A DNA stretch of 64,000 nucleotides from Schmidtea polychroa (lineage: Eukaryota). This document shows positions 12,506-27,195 of the stretch, in pieces (positions within the stretch are counted from its first letter, which is position 1; every line of letters begins with the position of its first letter). The stretch spans positions 38,318,001 to 38,382,000 of the forward strand of contig CM097885.1 of NCBI GenBank assembly GCA_044892525.1. Reading direction: 5' to 3'. A program made the position numbers and the translations under genes. The notes under the pieces are model-generated. The model was not told the DNA's origin. It worked only from the letters and a program-made list of their open reading frames with translations, and searched no databases.

Positions 12506-12718
12506 CAGTGTTTCTCAAACTATGGGTCGCGACCCATTTTTGGGTCACGAAAGAATTTTTGGTGGGTCGCGATGACTTATGGAAAGATCTACAAATATAA
12601 ATTTTGGAAGTTTAAGCCTTTTAAATTTATTTAATCTTTGTCATGTGGGTCGCAATAAAATTTTTGGCATGAAATGTCAAAAATTTGGGTCGTGATCAAA
12701 AAAGTTTGAGAACCACTG
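12506..12718. mobile_element. hAT-type MITE
   Basis: TIRs CAGTGTTTCTCAAAC / GTTTGAGAACCACTG; 8-bp TSD TACTATAG (12498-12505, 12719-12726); internal GGGTCGC repeats. Confidence 0.93.
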
Positions 12719-15700
12719 TACTATAGGGACAGACCTTGGAAACACTTGTATTTGCTAACAACAGAGACAATAAAACATCTTACCAGGACTGGATTTAAAA
12801 TGAATAAGATCTTAAGCTCAACATTTCTATAACTAAAATATATTACTTACATATAAAATTACGGCGCATATATGAGTCCTATGGTCATCAACGTGTTAAT
12901 TATTTACAGATAATTAAATTAATTCTTTTTGAAAATTTAATTGCGTACGCGCAAACTTCCTTTGCAGAATTTTTGAATTCAAATTGCAAAATCTTTAAAA
13001 ATGTTTTAAGGTTTTCTGCTTAAACTTCACGCAATTTAACTATATGTATAAATATACCTACGAATTGGCAATATATTTCACATATTGTTGACGCTGGAAA
13101 TCCTATTATTATTTCAGATTTTTTTATATAAAGGTATAAAGTAATTATCAAATGAAATCACCCGGTATATATTTCCTAAAACCATCAAACTTTCAACAAT
13201 CTTTTAATGCGAAAGAATAGTTTTATTTATTATATTCAATGTGTTCAATTTTTTTATGGATTTCAATGAATGACAACTATGATCACTGTTTTTAAAAATT
13301 AAATTCTGAGATTTTAAAATTATAAATGGATACAAAAAATGTTTTTTTATTACAATTATAATGAATTTAGAGATAATATAATAGGATATTATGAGTGCAC
13401 TGTTTCAGATAAAAATAATTCTTGTCAGAATTTTAGCAACTTTTTAATTCATTGAAATCCATTTCAAAATTATTCCATTGAAACCGAAACAAATTTAAAC
13501 AATCAAAAGTAGGTTTTTATAATTTTCAATCTCTCCCACTGCAGTTTATTTATTTGCCTAAAATAGATAAATAAATTTTGAACAAAGCGAAACTGTGAGA
13601 TGCAATAAATTATTTGCGTAAGTCAACCACTTTCTTTATCAATTATTAAAAGTGACATTTAAAAAATTGATTTTTAAAAGATTTACCCAAAGAATACAAC
13701 AGCACACTTTGCTAGTCGTCAGTTTTAATTAAATTTAAAAAGCGAAATTAAATCCATTTAACATCGGATCTAAGTAATCCATGACCAAAAAAAACAGTCA
13801 CAATATTGTCATTGCAACCAAACAACTACCTTCCTTAATATATACTTGTAATTAAACTCTACCTCAACCACTGTGCGACAAATTCTACATGTCACCAAAA
13901 AATACACTGCTGTGCACTCGATTTACACCATTTCCCATTTTACACAAATACTTTCACTGACGACTTCAACAGTAGCAGCACCGTTGCGGTGAAACGTTGA
14001 CAATATTATTTTAGCTGCACAGTCATAAAGTACCCTAATCAGCCGTTTTCTACCAGCAAATCTAAATCTACACAGTCATCGAGGAATATTAAAGCAATTT
14101 ATCATATATTTTATGTTGTTTTATCGAAGTGCCTACATTTAAACACACACAAACAAATAAAATTGTACTTACCAGCGAGGGAAAGGTCATTTATAATATC
14201 GGCGGTAAATTAAAAACAAACTTTAAATGAATTGGTTATATTTTTCATTTTCATTAAAAATGTCTTAGTAAAACAAGAAAAATCTGAGTGAGTCGCACAT
14301 TAGAGTAGTATGAATACGTAATTAACCGACACATGGACAGACTGCCTGATCTCTCTCTCTCTCTACTGTATTGTTCATGAAATAATTATTCATTGAAAAT
14401 ACAGACATTTATTTTATCATTAACTGTATTATTAACATGAAAAAAATTTTTTTTCAATACCAAATTTCATTAACTTTCTTATTTCTTAATTTGAATGTGG
14501 AAAAAATGTTTTCCAATGCACCGAAAATTGTTTAATTGAATGACATAATTATTGAAGATGCTAATTTATAAATGTTTTGTTGCAAACATCATTTCCCACA
14601 ATCAAAAGACGTTTTAGTGAATTGTCAATCAATTAGTTGTAAAATTAATTTTTTTTCTCATGCTTTCAAATTGAAAAATTATTTTTTTCAAAATAACGCT
14701 CCATCAATTTGGCTAATATGTAGGCTTTGTAGATTTGAGATTTGCATTTCCTGGGGAAAAGAAATGAATTATTGGGTTTTAAAAGAACTTGTACCCTTAT
14801 GGATATTGAAACTATAATCAATGGACGATTTAAGTGGCGCACCAAATAACGAATGATTTTAATAAAGAAAAGCAAAATCCAATACAAAAAAAGATTTTTC
14901 CATAACTACCAAGCCAATATAGGTTTTATTTTTAATAACATTAACGTAATTTTCAAGCGCACAGCAAGCTGACGGAAAGCTTTTGAAAATGGTTCGTCAA
15001 TTTGGTGACTATTATGCTTCAAATTTTATTTCAGTGTAAAATCCGAAGTGAGGATTTCCGAAAATCGTAATTTTTACTAGTAAGTAACCAAAAATAACAA
15101 GATAAAATTTAAAAATCCATATAGATTTCAAAAACAAAATTTTTAAATCGCTGTTTCTAGATCAATTATGACTTTCTTATCTATTTTTTACTTTTTAAAA
15201 TCTAAAATAAGATTTTAGTAGTAAAATTGCGAGGAAAAATTAAAAAAAAATTTTTTTTAATAGAAATTAATTTTAGTTTTAAATAAAATGTTTAAAGTTA
15301 TAAATTTTACAGTTTTCATGGATGATGCGTGATTTGAAATTTCTTTTCTTAAATAATTAGAATTTGTCTATAAAAATATTATTATTACTTTATTACAACT
15401 TTTACTGAAATAAATTTTGGAATGATGAGTGAAAAATTAAATGCTTCTAATAATCATAATTATAGTAGAAACCAACAACAAAATATTAAAATTAAATAAT
15501 AAAAATTACCTAAATCCAATTTTTTTCTATAAAATATATATTTTTCCAATTTAAATTGGTCTTCTTTATTAGACTCACCTAAACCTCCGAGAAAAAAATT
15601 AGAAAAATAAAGCTCATTTTATAACTTAAAAGACAATTTTTCAAAACTTTTATTTTATTAACTTAATATTAGTTATTTTTATTTTTTATGAAAACTATCT

Positions 15701-17292
15701 TTAACAATTTAGACGGGCTCCCACACGGGTGTGAGATTTCAAAAATATCCATTATACGCGGTGTTTAGCGGCTAAACTTTAGCCCATACGGGAATATGGA
15801 TATTTTATTTAAACGCAGTGATTGTATTTATCCCGAGTATATGCCTGACTCGTTCGGTGTTATATTTTTTATTAGCTGTGGAATTCATAAATTAGACAAA
15901 TACAAGGCGATATCTTATTCACATTTTTCCTCATGAAGTATTTATTAATTTCAGTAGGTTGGATGAAGACAATAAAAGAATATGTTTTGAATCAAGTACT
16001 TCTTTAGTGATTGATTTAAATTATAATTTATAATAATTTATAGTTCGTAAGAATATGGCCAACAAATACGATTCTTCAGATTACGAAACAGAGTTTGAAT
16101 TTGATAATTCCGAATCGGTGCTAGGAAATTTGTAGAAAATTTCCCATGGTCAATAATAATAATTTTCATAATTCTGTCTTTTTTTATCGTTTGAGAAATC
16201 ACAAAAGATTTGAAAATTTAAGCCGGCTTTTTATTATTTTATTGAAAATGTAATTTAAAAAAATATATTTCGCATAAAATATAAATTTATGATTTTTTTA
16301 TTTCTCCCATTTATATATAATTATTTGCTATTATAATTTATAATAAAAAAATATGATTTTTTGGAACATTTTTCAAAAAAAAATCTTATATTAAGTAGTT
16401 AATAATCGAAGTTAACAAATATTAAAATGTTTTCAAAGTACAAGATAAGAAAATTCTAAAATCATTTTTCTGAACTTGCATTTGAATGAAATATCTGAAT
16501 GTTCATTAAATTTAGATACACAATCGTGCCCAAAATCATTTTCTGTGCTGTTTTGATTTAAAAATAAAATTTTACAATATGTACTTACAATTTGTTTTTC
16601 TTTCTCCTCATATTTATCCTAATTCATCATATATTATCCCATTTTTTAGTTCTAAAAATATTTCTTAATTCAGTTCGGTAACCAATAATTGTTCCCTTGC
16701 GTCAAATTAAGTGAATTTTAATTAATCAAATAATTTGGAATTTATTTTGAATATAAACAATTTTTAAAATATATAATCTATGAGAATCAGGAAACTTTAA
16801 GAAAAATTATACCCTATTAAATATAATTAAATTTATTCACACATTCATAAATGGAATCTACTTGTATATTGAAAAGATGTAAAATAACAAATCAGTTTTC
16901 TGGAGATAATCATATCTTTGAATAATTTATCAACTAATTAAATTTATTACATCTTAAAAACCTAATTAAGACAATGTTAAAAATCCTTACAAATTAGCAC
17001 GATTCTATCATTTGTTATTTTTTCAATGAATATTAAAATATATTTTCATGTAAATAATATGCCATAATGAAAACTTTTATGATGACATTTTCGTTCTAAA
17101 AATATTCGTATTTCAATTTTATTTTCATAATTCTTTAATGTAAATAATGAAATAAAAACAATACAATTCCAATGATATAATACCGCAAGCATTCTAACTT
17201 CGGGAAAATGAAGTCGATTATAGAATAAACGCTCAATTTATACTTAAGTAAACAGAAAAACGATTTAATGTAAATAATTATATGAACAATCA

Positions 17293-17331
<39 letters not shown>

Positions 17332-19577
17332 TTAATATTAGTATAGTGATGATTTCCTGGTAGCAGCATTAATTACATGTTAAACAAGTAAATGATAATA
17401 TAAGCCTTTTGCTGTAAAATATATATTTTTAAAAAAATGAAGTAATTTTCGATTATAAAAATAATCCTTATCAATTATAATAATTATTATTATTACAAAA
17501 TTCAATATATATTGCCGAATAAATCATTTAAAATGGAATGCTTACAGCAATTTCTTTCTATTCATATCAGCACCAATGAGAATAATTATGGCAAGAGTGT
17601 CTATTTTACCAAATAATAATAATAATAATTATATATATACATATATATCATATTTATCATTATTCGACAGCAGTATCGACACTGTTATTGGTTACCAATG
17701 ACCTAAACTATCTAAATATTTATTCAATCAACTACAGTTACCAGGTATCAATATATTTGTTTATTTGTTTTAAATTGATGAATATTTTCAATAAGTATTA
17801 TTGTGTTATGAAATGAGTGAGAATCTAGTTCACAGCTATCCCAGTGACTAAACGTAGCGAGTATGTGAGCACTAGTAACCAAGCCACTGTAAATTATTCG
17901 GAAGTATCAGTATATATGATGACTCGTCAATTCAATTAAACATTTATCAATGAATTGCACCGAATTGTTGATTTATTGTATTGATTTTTTCTATAAATTT
18001 ATAACTTAAACACATTTATTTATTTACTTAAGCCTATTTATTATTATTATTGTTGTTTAAATTATAAAATAAAATTTGACTTCTACAATTGTTCCCGAAC
18101 TCAGATTAATTACTCGCGCATAACTGTCACGCAATTCCATACAAATACGCTAATTTCGACATTTCTTCCAGATCAATGGACCAACTCTTCTATATGAATT
18201 TTTAAAAATTTAATCGGAATCTATTATTTATATTATTAATTGTAATTAAATATTTTTGTTGAATTTAGAATGAAATGAGTCTGATTTTCATCGACTGAAA
18301 CCGGCCCGATTGACGCAAAATAAATCAAACCGTGAAATACGTAAAACTCGGCCAAAAGGAGAATCAAATTAATAATAATAATAATTTTTTATTATTATAA
18401 AATTAATAAATACCATAAAAAATGCTATAAGATTAATAAATGAGACCATTTTTGTTGCCTCTGTCGACGTTGATTTATCTTTTACTCCCACCCATCTCCT
18501 TTAGCTACCTCCTCCCCTGCCAATAACTGCCAGAATTTCCGCATTAAAGGGTCCCCAACAATTCTTAGAACAATTTGCTCATTTTTCTATATGACAAAAA
18601 GTTATGAAATTTTCTTATAACGAATGTTGTTTTCTTCATTAACATTTAATTTTTTAAAAACCAATTTCTAATTAAATTCCTTTATTTCAATTATTACTTA
18701 TTTATAGTGACTTAATAAGATTCTGAATTTTCTAAAACCGAATACTTTCAACTCATAATATATACTTATAACAATTAATAATCCTTTTGTTTTACCAATT
18801 CTTCTTTTACATCTTTTTAGTATTATTCCCTAACTATACCATTATTTGAGTCAATCATGATTGTAAGGAGTTGCTTCTGGGTTCTGGTAGTCGTGACGCG
18901 TCAAAAAAGAAATAAATAAGTAGAATTACATGCATATGTTGCTATCAGGATATCTCAATTGTTAAAGAAAAAATTATGTTTAAAAAGAAATGATAATCGA
19001 GTATAGAAAACTTGGAGAAATTTTAGACAAAACGTAATTTTAATATTACAATTATGACAAAATAATTATTTTAAATTCCTAAACTGTTAAAAAAATCCCT
19101 GACAATTTTTAAAATAGATAAGCCTTTTATTTGCCGATTTCCAATCCTATAGTTACAATAAATTCCAAATGTAAAAAAAACATAATGAAAGGGAAAAGGA
19201 TTAATGTGTTTCGTGTGAGGCATAAATCTAATAACAATTCCAAAAAAATTGTTAATTGAAAATTTTGATTTTACATGAGAAATATAATTATTTTCTAATA
19301 CTAATTTTTGATGGGTTTCCAGTGGGATTGAATATCAAATTTGGCAACATTATCTTAATGATAAACATTATTTCATGGTTTTAATTATAATAAAAAGTTG
19401 TTCATTGTTGAAAAAGGATACATTTTAAATGTATCAATGCATGAAATTAATTTAATTGGTTTTATAAATTATAAATACAGGAAAAATATTGTAATATTCC
19501 AATTCGAATTCTTTGATTATAATAATAATATTAATAATTATTATTGTAAGAAAGCGACACTCAAACATTCGTCTTAA

Positions 19578-20340
19578 GATTTCATGCCATCGTCAGGTAT
19601 GACAGAATAACTACAGATATTACAGGTTTTGTGAACAAATTTATTAACATATTTTTCTCACACGTGTCTTATTGTGCTCACTAATATTAGTCAATGTCTT
19701 CGGTCTATAATGTTCACGAGTTCCAATACAGAGATGACAGGAAGTCTCTCCAATGTATGGGGCATTACACATATTACATGTAAATTGAGAATTGTAATGT
19801 AAATTGTAATTTGTGAAGCTTTGTTTATAAAGTAGTTAGATCCGAAAAATAATGTGCAAAATGCTGTGAATATTTGTATTTTGAATATTTTAAATAGTTT
19901 TTCTAAATTATATATAGATTATTTATAGATTGTTAAAATTAAAAATTACACTAAAATTAAATTAAAACTAAAATATTTTAAAATCTTATTTTTTTATTAT
20001 TTATTATTATTTTTTTAAAACATCGATATTTCTATTGATTCATAGTCAATTTTTTAATAAATACAATGTCAATTAAAAAGAAATCAGAGGTGAAAATCGA
20101 AAAAATTCTTTTTTTTTAATTGTTACAATTTAAAAGATGATTTATTATTTAAATTATAATTTTTATCATTAAAAAAAAGATTTTTATCAAAAAGATTTAA
20201 TTAATAATTTTCAAAAAATCTATAATTTCTAGTTATTATTCTATTCTACCTGACGATGACAAGAAATCAGTCGAAATATATCGTAAAACGAATATTTGAA
20301 TTGCGCTTTCTTATAATTAAATCGTTGCCATGTATGTTTA
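19578..20340. mobile_element. Penelope-like retroelement relic (GIY-YIG fragments in inverted arrangement plus hammerhead)
   Basis: Minus strand ~19787-19675 translates QFTCNMCNAPYIGETSCHLCIGTREHYRPKTLTNISEH (YIG motif with Cys/His). Plus strand 19803-19860 gives IVICEALFIK*LDPKNNVQ (EALxI..P..N.Q C-terminus). A hammerhead lies at 20244, with a partial inverted copy at 19578-19599. Confidence 0.85.
20244..20288 (+). ncRNA. Minimal type I hammerhead ribozyme
   Basis: ttctac-CTGACGA-t-GAC aagaaatca GTC-GAAA-TATA-TC-gtaaaa: intact core boxes, stem II GAC/GTC, palindromic TATA stem III, stem I ttctac/gtaaaa with one mismatch. Predicted cleavage is after C20282. Confidence 0.8.
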
Positions 20341-23024
20341 ATTATCTATCTTTAATTATCTATCCAATAATAATAAATTTCATTAAAACAATTTCCTAAT
20401 AAATTTGTTTTACTAACACTTATTAAAAGGCTTAACATTTTATTATTCTTCATTTAAAACTAGATTAATACAAAATGTTTTATTGAAAACCGTCGAAGAT
20501 ACAAATAGGTTTTTTCAAAATATTCATATTTTTATAAACTAAACATTTTTATGAAAGAAAAATAAAAAAATTGGCTGGAAAGTATTTATTTTATATATTT
20601 AATTAAAAATTAATTTGAAAAATTACATAAATAAAAAGCACTGGAGGATTTAAGAGCTACTAAACAGATGAGTCCATTCCCGTTAAGTGCACCTGCATCT
20701 TTACTATTTAAAATAAATTATCATTAAATCTTGAGATTTCTCCTAAAATATTAAAGAAAATTTCACTTCACAAATTTTCATAACCGAATTTATTTTTGTG
20801 AATTTTAAACCAAACCTTGCAACAATAAGTAATAAAATTAATTATATGATGCATTGAAAAACCAATTGAAATCTAAGATCATACAAAATGTACCAAATAC
20901 TTGCGATTGATCTGTTAGCACGAAATTTAAATTTTTTTATAAAAATTTTACATATTTTATGACAAATACAATGAACATCTGAACAACGAATAATTAAATT
21001 TTACATTTACAAATCTGAAATCCTACATATGGTAATTAACGTCAAGTTCAAATTACAAACTTTAAACGATACTTTTGCATACTAATGACAACCCTGGACT
21101 ATCAGCCTCAGATATACCGGACAGGACAATAAACAAGTCAACCATTTGTAACATTTTCTTATCTGCCGATGAAAAATGTTTAGATGTTTATATAGAATTT
21201 GTTCTGGAAACTGAATAGCACATCACAAAAAATACGCATTAAATGCTAAATTCTTCAAAATATTCTTTATGAATAAATATCCTAATTATGAAATCCGAAA
21301 ATACTATATGCTTTTATGAAGAGATGCAATTAATGCATCTAGCGGCGGGTTAACTATTAAAAATATGCATATAAACTGAATTTGCAATGACTATTAAATC
21401 AAGGGTTCGAACTATGTGACACATCAAATTAAAATTTACCATTAAAGTTACTTTCAATGTTATTCAGAATTAATTTATTGTAACTTTTGGTCAAAAATAT
21501 TTTTCGTATTATCGTTAGTCATTTATGCGATTCAATATTTAACCTTTATACGAAGAAGTTTCAACGAGAATTGAATGTATCGATAATGCTAGCTTATTTA
21601 ATTAAATAATGTTTTAAAATCATCATGAAAAAATCTAGTAACACAAATTTCCAAATTTATCTGGAAATCAACTTCTTTCTAAACTATTTCCAAATTCAAT
21701 CTACTATAAGCAAAAAACTGTTTACACTGCCTTATGCATGCACACACAGTTACTTGGAGCAAACAGTCAAAATCACGGGACAAAGACAAAATACATCCGT
21801 TTCCATCAACAAACATCATGATGAAAAATGAACACATAATTGGTATATTTTCCATGCAACTACAAAAAATTTCACGGAATATTACGTCCAAAATATCTGC
21901 TAATAGCAGATTCAATAAGGAAATGATGTATCTAATGATGCATAATTTAACTAATCCAATCAAATGTTTCTTTTAATAAAATGTAATGATATGTAAAATA
22001 TTAAAAATTATATCGTTTAAGTTAATAGTTCTCTTTCAATGTTCTCTGAAAATCGAATTTTTCCTATCAAATAATACAAATTAAAAGGGAAATTTAAAAA
22101 AAACTATGCGAATTAAAATTTTAATGTTATTATTATTATAATTGTGATTTATAATCCCTTTTAATTATAAATTTTTACCATTTGCAATCAATCAAATCTC
22201 AATAGTAATTTTGATTTAATATATATTTATATATTATGTTACAGTCATTCAACGGGCTTTTTATATACTAAAGATTATAAAATGACAATCTTATGTGATT
22301 TTTGACTGATTATTTCATTTTCAATTATTTTCGCATTGATAACTATAGAATTTATACATAAACGGTCATACAATTACACGCATACCATACAGATTTTACT
22401 GGAAACTCAGTCGGGCTCAACAATTTGTTTTATACAGTTAGCAGGAATATTTATATATAAATATAACTTAATAGTCTGTACGAACAAAATAAAACAATAA
22501 CAAACAAATTGGGTAATATGAAAGATACTGATCAAGAAGGTCAACACCATTCATTATATTATGATACATTTTCTATCTTTTTTCACGTAACCAAATTTCG
22601 GTTTGATGATTTGTTGAAATTATCCCCACTACTTTATTTTTCGAGCATTACACATTCAATGTATTTTCAATTTAATTATATAAGATTAAATTAAAATATG
22701 TTCACACACGAAGTCGAAATAAATTTGGAATATTCAAATCTCATTTCTAATTATAAAATTATTTCCAATTCTGAATGGTTGATTTCAAACAATTTATTTT
22801 CCCGTGAAATAATTGATCCCCTTTTATGAAAAATTGTTATGAATAAGTTAAAAATTTTTTAAATATCACAAAATATAAGTGCGTGATTTCTAATCCTCAG
22901 AAATTTAATTTATTTAATTCTTAAAAATTATTCCAAATTTCAAATTTCAAATTATAATTAAAAAATATCTTTCAAATTTCCCTTTTCTTTTTAAAATTAA
23001 AAATTTAATGAAAACAAAAATAAT

Positions 23025-23143
23025 TAATGATAATTTAAGCTTTTTGCTGCGAATAATATATTTAATACAAATTCTTATTATCGAAAATTTTTACATTCGT
23101 ATTAAATATATTATTTGAAGAAAAAGGCTTAAATTATTATTTA
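23025..23143. repeat. Decayed fold-back copy of the same repeat family
   Basis: atgataatttaagctttttgctgcgaataatatatttaatac ... gtattaaatatattatttgaagaaaaaggcttaaattatt. Single-arm copies lie at ~17345-17470 and ~48617-48700. Confidence 0.75.
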
Positions 23144-25876
23144 ATTCTTTATAACTAATAAAATAAATAATATTATTAAAAATTGTAAATAAAAAATTTG
23201 ATTTGTTATATATTTTTTAAAAATTTAAGATTTATTTAAAGTCGTTTATATACCAAATAAATTTAATCTTATGAACAAAATTTGATATATTTATTAATTC
23301 ATTTAATTATACAGATTTTCAAAGGAGAGGAAGAAAAGAATTCCAAAAGAATTCATTGAGAAAAATAAAATTTAAGCTTATTCTATAATATTTGGGATGT
23401 TTTTAAAAACATTTTCCAGTCATAATTAACCCTAATCTACAATGTTTGCAAATTATTTGGAGATTATTCCTTGTAGAATTAACTAGATATTATATTATCG
23501 GTATTTGCAATTTTTCAGGAAACAAATAATCCCCTTAATGATTTTTTCGCAACAATTGATTTTTTTCATAAACATTAAAAAGGATAATTATTTAAATTTA
23601 AAAAGTTCGGATAATAACAAAAATTATAAATTGAATAAAATACTTCTTATTGTATGTCACAAGTTAGGAATATCGGAAAATAACTTTAAGAGTTTTGAAT
23701 AATTAGGATACAGTGACTAAATTGTATCAAGAATGTTTTGTTTAACCTGTTAAAAGCATTGTTCAATTTCAAAAGTCGCACACATTGTGCGGAGTAAATT
23801 TAATGTTTTAGCGTTTATGCACAAAGAACGGCTGATAAATGTATCTATTATATTTTTGCTGAAAAATTGTAACAAAATGATAAAATAAATATTTATTTCG
23901 ACGAACGCACCAGTTTTAAGTTTTGAAATCACACGTATACACGTGGAACTCGTGTATAATGGTATTTTTTTGGTATAATGACGTTTTATATTCCCTACTT
24001 TGAAATTGCTCACTGTTGAACTACAGAAGAGGTAAAAAGCTTTATCATTTTTCTCAATATGTGCACAGCTTATTCTTAATTATGAAGGTGAATATTTAAC
24101 TTTTCAATTTATTTGGTCAGCATTTTTTATAATAAACACTCCGAATTTTATTAAATGAATTATCAGTAGGAAATAATATTTTAGTCAGTATAATTATTTT
24201 TAGAATGCACTTTTATAATTTTTTAATTTTATTTATAATAACTTTACAAGTAACGCAGTTGAATCAGACTAACTTATCGCATTATTTTTTACACTATTCA
24301 GGGCAAAAAGATAAAAAATCGACAATGAAAACTGAATTTGAAAAATAACCGCAGGGTAGAAAGGCATTAAAGTATAAAGTTAAGAGGAAATGTTACGCCA
24401 TTTTAGAGGTTTTCAATTAAGAAATAAGAGGTAAAAAACCGATCGGTGATAAAAGTACAAAAAAATACAAGCGTATTATCTTCAGTTTCGTTATAATTCA
24501 TATTTTTGTTTAGTAAATAAAAATATTCATATATTTGTTATTAGATATTGATACCTAATTTTAATTACTGACCATTTATTTAAAATACTGACCAATTATT
24601 TTATAAAACCTGCATTTTAATTAAAAATATTTTTAATATAGAAACTTTTAAAATTCAGTAAAATAGACTTAAAATATGTCAAATATAGTATACAATTTTA
24701 GACTATTTAAAAAATAAAAAAGTGAATTTAAAAAATTTTTTGCAAAGCAATAAAATGAAAGGAATTGAAAATATTGAATTGCACTGCCAACGGTGATTCA
24801 AAATTCAAACTATCCCATTAAATTTAAACATGTTTCACAAAAAAATTATTTCAATACAACTCCAAAAACTAGTTTGAACATTATAATCTGTTGAAATGAA
24901 ATTATTGTGTTATTTTTTTAATGCGATTAATTTTTTTGTGATAAATCTAAGAAAAAACAAATCAAACATTTTTAATAAAGGAAATAATTAAATTTGAATA
25001 TAAATTGTATATTTAGTTAAAAATGAAAAAACTTTTTTAGTTATTTAAATATAAATATATTGCGTCGACGTTTAGAAACGTACTAAGCTCCTTTCATGCA
25101 ATAAGCAATGGTAAAGGTCTTGGTGATGGGTTTGTGTTAGGTAAAATTAAAAATTTATTTAAAAAAAGCGTTATTAAAACAAAAGTCAGTTACATCCGAA
25201 ATTATTATTATTATTATTAATTGTAATCTTGGATTAAAAACGATTACGAAAATTCAATTCAACCTCGTTAGGTTTAAGATATCAAAGATAATATTAAATT
25301 AAAAACTGTCACTTTTCAATGAATATTTAAATAACTTGGTTACTATTTTCAATACCAAATGAATTTATTAATTTAAATTTATAACTATAGCGGCCGGAAC
25401 AAAGTATCACACTCTATACTAATACATCTAAACACTCATACTAAATTTCCTTACTACAGACTATTCATTTTCAAAGTAGTCATAAGTAAATTGTCATATT
25501 AAAAAATTAAATTGAAATTATAAATCCGATATTTTATAAATCTCATTTAGAGTAGGAAGCCGAAAGATGTTTAATTAATATTTCTAAATCGGAATAGGAA
25601 AATAGTCGAATTTAACAATTTCATTGTTACGATTGAAAGTAACAGATGTCCAATCGGTAAAATAATAATATCCCCTCGTTTCCAACTAACTTTGTTCTTT
25701 TACGCATAAAAGTCATTCTTACAAAAATACAACTTATTCATGAGTGAAAAAACGTAACTAGAGGATATATTCTTTTTTAAAACACAAATGGAATTTTTGT
25801 AAATTTAACTTTACTTTCGGAAGCCAATTATTTAGCGTGATTAATAAAAGGTTAAATAAACATATCACAACAAATT

Positions 25877-25997
<121 letters not shown>

Positions 25998-26856
25998 TTT
26001 TTCATTACGCTTTCCAACAAGGTACATATCAATGTGGATAAATGAAAATGTCGATACCAAATCTGAATTTGGTTAACACAGAAAAACCTTTTCCATAATT
26101 CTTTTTAACAAAAATTTATTTGATAACATTTACAAAATTGTCTTCTTTCAGCATTCTTTTATAGTTAATTCAAATGAAAAAAATTGAAAATAATCATTAT
26201 TAAAATAAAAAAACATTACAAAAAAATAAATTCCTAATTGCCTTCCGTATTATTTAAATTTAGTTAGGCATTTACAATTTTCAAGTGGAATAATTAGAAT
26301 TAATTCATTTTAGGTTTTATGAGTTATACTAAAACAAATTATTAAATAACAACCCAATTTTTTAAAAGTTAATGTTTAAACATATCTGATGAAACATTGA
26401 GAGTGAAACGTCAGGATAATTTTTAATTTTGTAGTTTCACACATTTCAGTAAAACTGTATTGGGGATCGAAATATTCGAAAACAATTTTTATATGCACTA
26501 CAAAATTTCTGTCGTGATTATTTAACCGAGCCGGAGGAAAATAGAAACTACGACCGTTACTATTAAATACTCAGAAGAACTAAGCTGAATTACTTTTTTA
26601 AACATTTTACACATGACATAATAATTTTTGATTGTCATATTGAAACCTTTTAATAAAACTGTCATTTCTCTACTGTAAAAATTTCTAGCAAAAATTGCAT
26701 CACGAAAATATTGTTCTTTAATTATCAAAAAATCCATTTTCAGTTTTGAGGAAAAATACAAAATATATAAAATGACTAAAATTATAGATGAATTCGTTAA
26801 TTCTTTAATCCATTTTGATTAATTAATTGGCATTAAATTATGATAATATATACGAC

Positions 26857-27195
26857 CAGGACCGGCCCTAGAGCCGAGCCAATAAGTCTATGGATCGAGG
26901 AGAACGCAAATATTCACTCTAATTGTTAAAGGATTCAATGATTGGAAAATGATCTATTATTTTGCAGATAAAAAAATACGTCAACATTATACAGCGCATT
27001 ATTTAGTGGTTTATTTAATTTCCTTATTTTGGTATAAAGATTGAAAGTTTCATGTGTTAAATTTTAATAAAGATTAGAAGTTTAATATAAAAATTAAAAA
27101 TTGTTTTTAGTTATTCTTTTTTTGTTATTTGAGCATGGGTGAGACGCGATTTAGACCGTTGGAGTAGGACACCACAAATACTCGAATCGGTTATG
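26857..27195. mobile_element. Decayed hAT-like MITE
   Basis: CAGGACCGG.. left end and ..ATCGGTTATG right end are only partly complementary. Flanks TATACGAC / TATACGGC match at 7 of 8. Confidence 0.5.

Noticed and set aside
13700..18600. Higher-complexity patches as downstream protocadherin exons
   Set aside because: No open minus-strand frame with splice sites or CM1/CM2-like motifs could be identified by eye.
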